Assembly (NCBI GenBank): GCA_964019425.1
Contig: OZ025802.1
Span: 1,178,001-1,232,644 of the forward strand
Length of the DNA: 54,644 bases
Source of the DNA: Flectonema sp. DT1601
Taxonomy: Eukaryota
Direction of reading: 5' to 3'
Shown: positions 36,425-48,391 of the stretch, one piece after another
Position numbering within the stretch: the stretch's first letter is position 1
Layout: each line of letters opens with the position of its first letter
Translations under genes and position numbers: made by a program
The notes under the pieces: generated by a model
What the model was told of the DNA's origin: nothing
Database searches by the model: none
The model's input: only the letters and a program-made list of their open reading frames with translations

Positions 36425-36937
36425 TTGTGTTGCTCGATCCTTCCCCGACTTGTGGTTGGCGAAATCCATCTACATTCCCCCCCTTTTGCTGATTTAGTTT
36501 CTTTCATGGCTTTTTTGCTGGTTTCTTTTTACTTATTCTCCAACGAGTAGATAGCAGTGATGGCAAGGAGTGCCTGACTGTGGTATCTATTAGACCTTTT
36601 ACTCAAAAATTGAAGTACGAAAAGTGTTTTCTTTTCTTTTCTTTTTTCTTATCTTCTGTTCCCCGGTGCGAAAAGGCTTGTCACAGGTACTTTTATATGT
36701 ACACTGGACGTCCATAGAAACTTTTTTATTTTTAATTTTCTTTTTCCCCTTGTTTCCTCGTTCCCTTGTTTTTCATCCTCCGGTGAAATTTCTTTGAATA
36801 AAAGAGTTCGACGGATCGAAAAGTTTTGAATGAAAACCCTGTGAGAGAAATAGTATCTCAGTTTTCAACGAATAACAGGTTGCGACATTTATTGCAGTCT
36901 TTTTTTTAATGTCCTTTGGTCTCGCACACAAAAAAGT

Positions 36938-36978
<41 letters not shown>

Positions 36979-37391
36979 TCACGTTTATTTTATATTTTTA
37001 TACGCACGGTTCTCCGTTCCTACTTTCCGACTACAGGCCAGTACTGCATTTTTTTATTTTTTTTTCTGCTTTAGTTCTTTCAGTTATTTTGTGAAAAAAA
37101 AACCGACCGATTCTTGACAAAAAAACGGGAAAAAAAAAAAAAAAAAAAAAAAAGAAAAGAAATATTTTTATCGGACAATATCCAAACAACAGAAAGGGAT
37201 TTGTTCTATTCAAGACTTCCCGTCCCCTGACTTTGGTAACAATCTTAATCACAATCTTAAAACACTTCCATAAACAGTACACACACATGAGGAATACCTA
37301 AACTAATCACATAAAGTAGTATAAGATTATAGGAACAATTTATTTAATGTTTTTCACTATCTTAATCTGTTCAACTCACTACAGTAATGTG

Positions 37392-37937
37392 ATGACTCAC
37401 GTAGTACCAAAATGTTCTGCAGGTCACAGTATGGAGGCTACCAAATATCAAGAAGGTGGTTATTGCAGAGGATGGTTATGTAATGCATGCAGTAAAACAG
37501 GTTATGGAGGAAGATGGTTGTGTCCATTGTGTTGTTTTGATCTTTGTTTTGAATGCCTACCTCGTGTCAGGGGGCTTCCTGCTGGAGTTGGTGTACCAGC
37601 AGTACCTCCACCGGTAGTACCACAACTTGATGGATGTCATCTTCACGTTGAGAGAATTCAACAATTAGAAAAAAGAATTATTTTATTGGAAGCTGAGAAT
37701 GCTGCTCTTCGTAACCAGCAGCTCCTCGTAAAGGAACAGGCTCTAGAACTGACTGAGTTGGTGAGGCTATCAGAACGACATTCAATTGTCGAACATGCAA
37801 ATGCTGAACAACGAGAAAAAGAAGCAATACCACCACCTCCACCAGAACCGTCTGCCTTAATTGAAGAAAATAAAAGACTTCGTGAACTTCTCCAAGAAAG
37901 AGATTTAACAAATGCGATTAAATCGACAATGGGTTAA
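37392..37937 (+). CDS. Small protein with ZZ/C1-like Cys-rich finger, Pro-rich linker and coiled coil
   Basis: CSAGH...WLCNAC...RWLCPLCCFDLCFEC; coil ERIQQLEKRIILLEAENAALR. Start set at ATG 37392 after CAG 37384; ATG 37347 is an alternative. Confidence 0.82.
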   Translation: MTHVVPKCSAGHSMEATKYQEGGYCRGWLCNACSKTGYGGRWLCPLCCFDLCFECLPRVRGLPAGVGVPAVPPPVVPQLDGCHLHVERIQQLEKRIILLEAENAALRNQQLLVKEQALELTELVRLSERHSIVEHANAEQREKEAIPPPPPEPSALIEENKRLRELLQERDLTNAIKSTMG

Positions 37938-38126
37938 TATTTAATTAATAAAAACTTTTAAAACATCCTTCTTGAAGATGATATAAAATATTAATTACTA
38001 TACTTTTCCTCTGTACATTTCTGTTTAGATTAACCAAACCAACTTACCTGAATACTTTATGATGGTTTAAAGTAGAATTCTATTCTCCCCTTTTTACAGC
38101 AAAGAAGAGAGTCAAGTTAATACAAT

Positions 38127-40399
38127 ATGCCGCGTGCAGTCAGGGTTGCCGATCTCCATTCAAGTGCAAATGTGCTTGATGCTGAGGAAGCATTCCGTCA
38201 GAATGCTGTTGTGATTGGAGGTGAAGAGAAATTACAAAGTTTCAAAGTAATAAATGCCTTGAGATCAATGGGACTAAACCCAACTGATGGTCACGCTCAA
38301 TCATTCGTAAAAGCAATGGACGAGAAGGATACAGGTTTTATCCTATTAGATGACTTCAAAAGAGTAGCTGAAGCAGAAATGACCAGCAAGTACACCTTAA
38401 AAGACTTAGAACAAATGTTCTACGCTGTAGACAAGAAGAGAACAGGAGAACTAAACGCCAGACAGTTCCGTTCTATATTAAGAAGTGAAATGTTGAGTGA
38501 TGAAGAAATCGAAGAGATTATGCAAATGGCTGACAGTAACTCTGATGGGAAAATCGACTTACCAGAATTTGTTGCTTTAATGGCACCCGAATTAGATGTC
38601 AACTCGCGCAGAGCTTCAGTTAGTGACAGGAGACAATCGTACAGTAGTTTGTCTCGTAAACAGTCTCTCGCGTCTCCGAGAATGAGTAGTCGAAGAACTT
38701 CATTCGACGCTTTATCAACTGATGATATCGATCCAGTACGACAGGAATATTTTGATAAAGTTGCTATTTTTTTAAAAAATTCGATTGGAGTTAACTCATA
38801 CAAAGCATTTCACAAACTCGACACCCTCTCAGACGTGACTGAATCCCTCGCTCTCGCTGACAATAACTTAGCTGTTGCTATGAAGACAATCCGTCACTCT
38901 TTCACAATCGACAAGTGGAATGATGATGGAATGCCGTCACCAATGCAATCTGAGTTCCTCAGAAGACTGTTCTCCATGAAACCTGGGTATGTGAAAGAAC
39001 AAATAAAATAACGAAACTTGAGAATCTTTTTATTACAACAACACAACACAGGAATCAAGTCTTCTACGCACAGAAGGCACTTGGAGACTTCGACACCGCT
39101 CAGAAAGAGCAATTGAAAGAAGCGATTTCGGGAACCGTTCTTCCTCTCGAGTATGATCCAGAAATAGCTGTAGACAAGGATGACGCGGATGAGTTGATTA
39201 TGGCTCATCAGTTATCAAGGTTTATGTTAAGTAACCAGTCAGTATTACCCCCTGGATTGTACCCTGTCACTCTAGATCAGAATAGTGCTCCATGGGATGG
39301 ATATGAGAAAGAAGAAGAAGCAAGAACTGCTGACAGAGAATCTTTTCTAATTGGTCTTGCTGGAAGAAACCTTGACGAAGAGCATTACAGATCACAATCG
39401 AACAGAGCAGCTCACTCTCTTGGTATCTCACGATCACTTAACGGAAAGTCATGCACCAGTAGGTTTAGTAACTTTTGTTTTAACGTCGTTCACTTGGGTA
39501 AAAGACAAGTTACGATCCCAAGAGAGCAGTTCTACGGAGAACACATAAGTGCTTTGATTCCAACTGCTAGGGAAAGTAAGAAAACAAAACTTCGTGAAAT
39601 GAACACCTATGGATGTTTTATTGTTGACGCTAAGAAGACTTATCCAGAAAAGCAACAATTAGAAGACCCTGAAACCTTTGGATACACAGCTAGTTATACT
39701 TGGTTTGATGGTGTTGTTAGATATTATGTTGAGGATCATCAAACTCTTGCTAGTGTTGTTGATCATGGAGGTGAAGGTGATATTCAGTACTTACAAATGA
39801 TGAGTGATGAGTCTTTTGAGATTGAAGCTCACTACTCAGCAGCTCTCATGGATGAACCACCTACAGCAGATTGTAGTTGGAAGGCTCAATATGCTTATGA
39901 AATAGGACGTAATCATCGTCTTGCTATATTAAACCCAAATCATATGTCAACACCTTCTATCATTCCGGACTTCTTCTTAGCTCATTCTCATGTTAGAAAT
40001 ATTCAAAACTCACTTCATCATGGAATTTCTCTAAATGGAATCAAGTGGGGAGAATTAGTTCTTAACATGGAAAGAGACTACACTACTACTGATCAAGAAC
40101 TTCAGGCATCGTATGAATTAATTTGTAAGGCTAAGAATGAGTTGAATGGTGAAACTGAAAAGTACTTTGCGCAGGGTAATTACGTACAGTTCTTTCAGAC
40201 AAATGAAGATTCTCAACGAAGTGGTATTAAATTCGAAGAAGAAAAGGAATACCAAACTCTTGTGAAAGGTCTTGCAGACCTTCCAATACCAAAATCATCA
40301 TCTCAACCTACGAAAATACCAACTCCGATAAAGAGAAGTAGTCAAGTGATTCGATCAAAACCAGCACAAGTACCAAAAGCAAAGGGTTGGTGTTGCTGA
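38127..40399 (+). CDS. Calmodulin-like EF-hand protein fused to an unrecognised C-terminal domain, about 735 aa; exons 38127-38986 and 39052-40399
   Basis: EF loops DEKDTGFILLDDF, DKKRTGELNARQF, DSNSDGKIDLPEF; ALRSMGLNPT. Intron 38987-39051 (GTATGT..ACAG) joins the two ORF-track ORFs in frame. Ends in KGWCC. Confidence 0.88.
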
Positions 40400-41456
40400 A
40401 TGGAAAGTATTATTGTGAGCTGACGTAATCGCCACTTTGATGTACTAGAGTTGACTATTCGTGTTGAAGAGGTTTGGTCAGAAATGTTGTTTACTGGTTG
40501 ACTCCAACCCTTCGCTAGTTGAGCGATTTGAAAACATCAGCTAATTGACGTGTGAGTTGAGATACTAGTTTTATTAAACTATGTATCGCCCATGAGATTC
40601 CGTTTTAGAAAGGGGTCTTCACAAAATATTCTCAACAAGAGCAGATGTTGAGTTGTTTTTCCTCATAACTTTTTTATTTTATTTTATTTTACTATGTTCA
40701 AGATTCAATCACGAGGGAGGAATCCTGGCCTATCAGGATCCTTGAGTGTGTCTGCTTGCGCTGTTGATTACACAGCATGCCTGCGAATGAGTGGGTGTGA
40801 TGTTTTTTTTTTTTTTTTTTTTTTTCTTTTCTTCATGTAACTATTGTTTGAAAAAGGAAAAAAAAAAAAAAAAAAAAACAGCAAATAATTAAATTTCCTT
40901 GCTGTGGTCGACATCAGTAGCACGCACCATGGATTTCAAGAGCATGTTAATTATATCTGACTTGTGCTTCTTGTTGTCTGGAAATTATCTCCTGTTTGTA
41001 TGAGTCTATTCGACGGGTCAATATTTCTTTTCACCCACCCCATCCTTGCGTTTGTTCCTTGTGTTTCGGAAAAAAAAAAAAAAAAAAAAAAACTAAGTAT
41101 TTTTATCACTTTTTATATTCTTCCTTTTTTTTTTTTTTTTTTTTAAAGGTCCTGTCGGCGGAATCAGCTTTTTCTGAAATGAACTTGCTGGCTGATATAA
41201 AAAAAAAAAACTCAAAGAAAGAATTCTTTGTATTTGTGTGTGAAGCCAGTTAACTTGGTGCAACGTATTTCTGGCTGTTTGACTTGTCAGATAAATAAAA
41301 AATAGAAAAAAAAATTAAAAAAAAACACTAACCCAGTCACAAATCAGCCGACTACGAAGGCATGTCGAACTTTAGTATCTTTCGTTTGTTTCTTCTTGCG
41401 TATAACAAAAAAAAAAAAATAAAGAAAAAAAAGGTTGAAACCCACCAGCTATTATT

Positions 41457-41491
<35 letters not shown>

Positions 41492-43378
41492 CCAACTCAA
41501 ATGTTTATTGAGTTGCTGTTCACAATAGCAAAAAAAAAAAAAGAAAAAAAAAGTATGTGTGAAAACCTGCTTTTCACGTTTCAAACAAAAAAAAAAATTA
41601 AAAATTTAAAATAAACTGAAATCGGGCCTGTCATTTCATCATGTGCTGCTTTTTTTTTTTTTTTTTTTCTTCTAAAGGTTACTTTAAGTAAATTTATGTT
41701 CATAATAACGAGCTGTTCTTGTTTTGAGTTGAATCTTAAGGTAAATTGATTTCAGGGAAGGAGGGAGGGCTTTTTTTTTTTTTTCCTTCTTTACAACCCT
41801 TCTTACCGTCTCGACAAAGACACGCCGAAAAAAAAAAAAAAAAAAGACGAAGAGGAAGAGAAAAAATTTAAATTAGAGCGTCTTGTTAGTGCAATCAGAG
41901 TGTGCGCGTCTCTCTGGTTCTCTTTTTTTTTATTGTTTTTTGAAGTCAACCTGACATCGGACTCAGAATTGTATTTTTCTTCGTTCTCTATTATCCTTTT
42001 TTTTTTTATATTTTTTATTTTATGGATGGAACCATGTTGAAGGCCTTCAATGAATTCCTTTTTATTATTTAATAAATTAAGCCTGTTCGTGGTAGCTCTC
42101 TGCAGTCACTGGTGTGGGGGGTGTGTCAAACTCGAAAAGATACTACTACTTTGGATGGAATATTTTGTATGTCCTCCTTTATTATAGAGCAATCATGTTA
42201 TCAAAGTTATTCCTTTTTCCCCCCTCCCGGATTTAGAAGAAAAAAAAAAAATAAAAAAAAAAATTAGGCTTTCCTCCATATTTTAATTTTGTATTGAACT
42301 ACTATTCTATGGAAGAGCATCGTGAGGATTTTTTTTTTTGAATTTCGGTACTCTCCTCCCATTTCATTCTTGCGCCTGTTCTTAATTTCATTGCCAAACC
42401 TTAACTTCGACTTACAACGGTAAAAATGCAATTTCTCTGTTTTTGAGGTTCTTTTTTTGTATTTCATTCTAGTACACTGCAACTGGAAATTAACAGCCAC
42501 TGTTACAGGTTGGTTAATGTGATTATTTTCTTTATTTTTATTTTTTCCCATTTGCAACCTTTTTTTTATGAAGTATTGCTTTTTGGGAAGTTGCTGGTGT
42601 TTTTTTTTTTTTTTTCTTCGTTCTCTTCTTCTCTCTTTATAGCTCAAACATCAATAAAATACAAAAACCTTCAAAATCAACTTGTACTCAAAGGAATCGA
42701 CATCTTCGGAATACTGAGCAGTGTACTTCACACTGTTTGGATATGGAACAGGCAACTGTGATGTGTCATTAATTCTTAAAAAAAAAAAAAAAAAAAAAAA
42801 GAAAAGTGAAAAATGTTTTCAACATTTGGTGTGTGATATACTTATTCTTGGTGGCTGTTTTTTTTTTATTCATATCAAACTTTACACTTTTTAAAAGTGA
42901 ACAAAGGGAAAAAAAGGAAACAAAAGAAAAAAGGGAAAGAGAAAAACTCAAAAGAGAAAAGCAATTCTAACTTAGTTGAGAAGAGAAGCAGCCCTAAGTC
43001 TGCAAGAAACTGTTTGACGGAAATCTGCTTTCTTTGATTTGAATATGAAGGCAAGAAAACATTGAAGAGGAAGGAGAAGAAGAACAAAAAAATAATAATA
43101 ATAGAAAGACATAAAAATCACGAAAAAAAAAAAAAAAAAAAAAAACGCTTTGGGGGGGGAGGGGGCCCCTCGGAGGGTAACTTGATACTATGATTAAATA
43201 TAAAGCAAACAGGGAAAGAAAAAAAAAAAATTAATTAACTGAAAGAACCATGGAAAGAAAAAATAATAATACAGCTGACTCAAACTCCGAATTATGTCGT
43301 TCTAATATGTTATTATAAACTACTTTGTAGATTAAAATCTTGTGAAAAATGTTGCGTTCTGGTAGGAAGACTATTCTG

Positions 43379-43412
<34 letters not shown>

Positions 43413-46400
43413 CTCCCTTGTTGACATGGGAATCAAAAAAACATAAATAAGCAAAGAGGCTATTACTGCTTAACTTCTTGTTATCTGTTATATTGTTTAA
43501 GGGAAGTCAAGTTTAGTTTTGTTTTATGACTCTGAAAACATTCAGCTTGTCATTCACATACTGATTCAGAAAATAGATCAATCTGGGTGTTTACTTCGTC
43601 TGTTTTAGCTTTTTAGGATTTTAGTTTAATATAAAAAATAAAAAAAAATCTGTTTGGACTTTTATTGTTGAATGAGAAGAAGGCTTTTAAAGTGCTCACC
43701 ACCGCGTGCAACATCTGCCGTGACCTTTTTACTTCAGTTGTAGAATAGTTGAGCACATCCACACTCGTTTCTTTTGATCTCACAACGAACGTAACTATTG
43801 CGTGCAATCCGCATGTGTTTTGTTGTAGAGAATTCTAAAATTCCTCGTTTTGGCATATTTATTTAGTTTATTCCTTATTCCAACAAGGTAAACCAAGCTG
43901 ACAGCACAAAAAAAAAAAAAAATAAATAAAAATAACGAAACAAAGAAAAGAGAGAAAAACGGTTTTCTGTGCTGCGTTATTTGTGTGAAATATCTTTTGG
44001 GAAGGGGCGGGGGGAGAATAAATTAGGAAAAAAGAAAACTATAGCACCACCATAGTAGATTATGGAACCTTTTTTTGTTCTATAACTTGGCTTGGATTGC
44101 TTGCCCGATTCAATCGTTTAATCGCCGAGCAAACTTGGGAAGCACTTCTTGTTGACTTAATACCAGGTAGTTGCAACACAGAATAGGGATCGACAAAACG
44201 TTGTTCTTTCTTCGATTATTATTTTCGAAGTGCTCGTTTAATTGGATTCGTGCATAAGACCTGCAAAGGTAGTATTGCTTATGTGGTAGCTGGAGAATAT
44301 GAATGTTGTTGTTTCATTCCCCGACCTTCTTTTTTGATTTTAAATTGTTGTTTTTGTTTATTGACCAAGAAAGAAGACCCCGAAGCTGTCTTTTTATTTT
44401 AATGTCTGTAGCTGCAGCCTTCCTATTGCAACAATCACAATAATGCGCCCCAGTTCAGTTCCCTGTGCGAGTATTTATGTTCATTTTTCTTTTCCCATTT
44501 AAAACTTCTTGTTTGCGGGCAGCAAGCTGAACCCTTGGTTATTGGAGTTGCAAGGGAAGAGTCAAAGTTTTTCTGTTTTTTTCCTATACAGCCGACCTCT
44601 CTCATATCGAGGTGTGACCCGGTTCTCCTCGGTGTTAGTCTGATGTACGGAGAGATTACCGCCACTGGTCGGTAATGTATCTCTTGATACCTTCAAAGGT
44701 CAAGATACGTTTGTACGAAGACTGTTACAATGGGTTACCCTATTTTATCTTCCCTCCCGAAACCCAATATTACTTTTTTTTAAAAATTATCTCCACTGGC
44801 AATTTTAGGTGCATTATTCCCTTCTCGACAAGGTTTCTTTTTTTTTTCCTTTTTTATTGATTTCGCGGAATTCCGCCGTGCACGGAAAAGGAATCCTTGT
44901 CGAGGTTGCCCCCCGGAAGAAGTTTTAAAAAAAAAAAAAAAAAAGAAAACCAATTATATATGGCTTATTAAGCGACACCAATAAGAAAACCTCAAAAAAA
45001 ATTTTAAGAAAAAGAAGAGTTGCTCGTTTTGCTACGTTCTGGTCTGTCGGTCAAAATATGTAGTGAAGCCTAGTAGCTGTTGGGAGTCTGGTCGGTAAAT
45101 GTATTGTGTGTTTGCAGCAAGCACACAATGCATTTAGTTAAGTTGGTTAATAATAATATTTTCCCTGTTCCTTACATAATATGTCTTTCTTCCTATCCAC
45201 GCACTAGTTGGAAAAAAAAAATCTTGAAAAAAAAATAATTTAAAAAAAAAGATAAATTGTGTCCTCCTTATCTTTTGTCAATTTTTTTTTTCTTCTAAAT
45301 TTTTAAATAATTTTTTTTTTTTTTCCTTTTTTTTTTTTTTTTTTGGTGTTTTACAAATGCAAATCCCTCAGTGATGAGAGGCTCATGGTAAATATTCTCC
45401 ACTACGAAAAGTGAGAGCTTCAAGGAAAAGGAAAAAAAAAAAAAAAGCACAAAATATACCATCGAAGACGAGAACGATAGGTTAACGGATGAATTAAAAA
45501 AAAAAAAAAAAATAATAAACAGAAAAAATAATACAAATTTATATTTATATCATAACTGCGTTTGGCGTGCATGGTTTCAATTTTTTTTTTTTTTTTCCAT
45601 CTTGTTTTTTTTCCCGTTTTGTTTTTATCCTAAACCTTATTTCCCAAAAAGAAATTCCCACTGCTTTCTACATTTATTGTAGAAGAGTTCTCAACTACGA
45701 ATGCACTATGATCTGGTAATAGTGATAAAAATCAAAGAGGTAAAGAGGTATGAATTACTCTCGGAACCTAGTAGTAACTTCGAAGGGATGAGTTAAGCAT
45801 CACCGCGGTCACTGTATCCTTAACAGATTGTTTGATACAATTCGTATTTTAGTAATTTTAAATTCAAAACACTTCAACCGGTTTTGTTTTTGTTTGTTGT
45901 TATCCTCATTCCCAAAAAAAAAAAAAAAAACCCCCATTTCTTGTAGCCCTTGTTTTTTCTGTTATTTTTATTCGGTCTTTTTAGGTCATTACGAGGCCTT
46001 GTAACCTGGACCCCGTAAACGTTACCTAATGTCTGATAGTGACCTTACCTCGAATACGTATTAATAATGGTGTAAGCCAGGGAAATATCATGAAGGATAT
46101 TTAGTGTTTTCAAGACGTCCATATGTTGCTTAATGACGTACCCTTGTTCAATAGGTTTTTTCAATTTTTAAAAAAAAAAGAAGAAGGGAAGAAAAAGAAA
46201 CTGTATGTTGACTAGCTTGATCCCTCCCCTTCCCTCTGTGTAGTACTGTCAATTTATCGGTCGGTACATGCTTCTATCAAAGGGGAAAATATATGGAAAG
46301 AAAAAAACTTTTTAAGAAAGAAGGAAGTATTTCAAAGCCTTTAGCAGTTTGAAAAGGACTTAATTTTATATTGGGTTGGGAGTTTTTTTTTTAGAAAAAA

Positions 46401-46757
46401 AAAAAAAAAAAAAAGTGATACTATCTACCCGACTCTAAACCCAGCCCACCTTATCTGTTTCCCAACTCAAAAAAAAACAAAAAACAAAAAAAAAAAAAAC
46501 CCCCCACGGTGTTATTACGCCGCCCCTTTGCTAGTTTTCAATTTTTTTTTTTTTTTGTTTTATTTTTCCCAATCTGGCACAGTGCTGGTTTTTTCACTGA
46601 TAACGGTGAGAGAGACCTGTCGATTTATTATTATTTTATTTTAGCAGAATACCAAACGATGTCCTTAATAACAACACACCAACTGTCACCAACTGTTAAT
46701 TAGGTTCTGGTTTAATCATTTCTCTCATTTCTAATAGCTGATGAAAGTATCATAATA

Positions 46758-47994
46758 ATGTCTCGACTGCTGCCGTGGTTTTTCTTGATAGTCGGAGCAG
46801 CTGTACTGGGGCTGCTTAGGAATCGATTAGGAGATTCTCAAAGAGCGGAATTTCAAAGATTAGAATCAGAGCTTCTGTTATGGAAACACACAGCACGGAA
46901 CTACTTAGGAGGAAATGAAGCAGCCTTGAGACACATTGGAGAAGGAGTATCGTCGCCTCTACATCGAGGATTTATCGACGAGCTTATAAGAGCAGCCAAA
47001 GCCAAACGAATGAAAACAGACGACGAAGATAGCGATGAAGAAAACAACTACAACGGCAGCACTGATCAAGACGTTGATCAGATGGACTCCTCAAATGACG
47101 AGGAGTGGCCTCCGCCATCTATCGATAATAAGAATGTTGGATACAAACTAAAGTATGGCGACGTCTCTGATCTCCCACAATGGGAGAAGTATCAAGATAT
47201 AAAGGACTATTATGTTAATTTAATACCTTCAAAGGGTTTGAAATCTCAACTACAAAAAGTAATTAAAAAAGTTTGGAAAAACTGGGACACAAAATCCATC
47301 TGGGCATCCTACCCTTCAGAAGACATATCAGACTGTGCGGCTTTAACACCTGAATGTCTATTTTGGTCATCTCCGTTGATGAATCACAGCGTTGAATCAT
47401 TTCCTGAAGCGGCAAACACAAATCGAGTTTATAGAAAGTGTTGTGTTGAACATAAGAAAATGAGAGAAGTAACAAAAAACACGTTTAAAGTTCTATACAA
47501 TGCCGGTATCGATATGTATATCGGCGACGGAACCCTACTGGGATCACGTCGAGGTCATGGAACAGTCATCCCTTGGGACACAGACATCGACGTGTTTTCA
47601 CGATTAGAAGATAAAGATAAAATTACAGATGCACTAAAAGCCGCATCCAAGTCAGGAGAACTCCCTCATGCTTGGGAAAAGGACAAACATGGTCGTAAAA
47701 TGATTTGGGTTTACTATGCAAAAAAACGCATCACAGGTGACAGTCACTTAGAAATCTGGTTGACTGACGGTAAACAGAAACGTAATAATCAAAGCTTAGT
47801 GTATCCATTAAAGCCTTGTCCGTTTTATGATTTTACAGTATTATGTCCTAATAAGGTTTGTGTTTTATTACTTAATAATTTGTTTATTAACATGTTGTTG
47901 GTTATAAACAAAACTAAAATAAAAACAGGTTGATAGAATATTAACAGTTGCATATGGAAACTGGAAGCAACCAGACAAGGAAAGAAAAGTCTAG
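46758..47994 (+). CDS. LicD/fukutin-family phosphotransferase, type II membrane protein, 387 aa; exons 46758-47855 and 47929-47994
   Basis: GTLLGSRR...IPWDTDIDV motif; N-terminal anchor. Splicing 47856-47928 gives CPNK-VDRILTVAYGNWKQP, the typical L...YG.W..P ending. Confidence 0.9.
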
Positions 47995-48391
47995 CAGAGC
48001 TGCTTGGTCACATGATAAGTTAAGTAAGCGCAAAAGGATCTAATTTTAAATAATCTTTTATCGTGTACCGGTTGCCTGTGTAACTACAATGTGGCTACAC
48101 ATGCTTGTACTAGATCAAATACGTCTCTCAATATCCTTTTTTCTTCTTTTTCTAATTCAGTTGAGGAAGGCCCACTCCTAGCATCCAATAAGTAACCTCC
48201 GAGAGACAGTTTTAATTAAACTATTTTTAAAACCTGTTTTTTTTTTTTTTTTTTTTTTTTTTTCCCCGCCTTGACAGGCTCCAGAATACATGTTTTTCGA
48301 GCCAAAGAAAAGTGCTTCTTTCTGATCTGATTGTGTACCTGCTAATTGTTGTTTTTTTATTTTTAGATCTCTTTCAGTTTCAAAAGAAATA

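Noticed and set aside
38042..38050. ACTTACCTG, identical to the U1 snRNA 5' end, followed by a 7-bp hairpin
   Set aside because: No U1-70K loop or Sm site; it lies in the short acceptor region of the next gene; a 9-mer match is plausible by chance.
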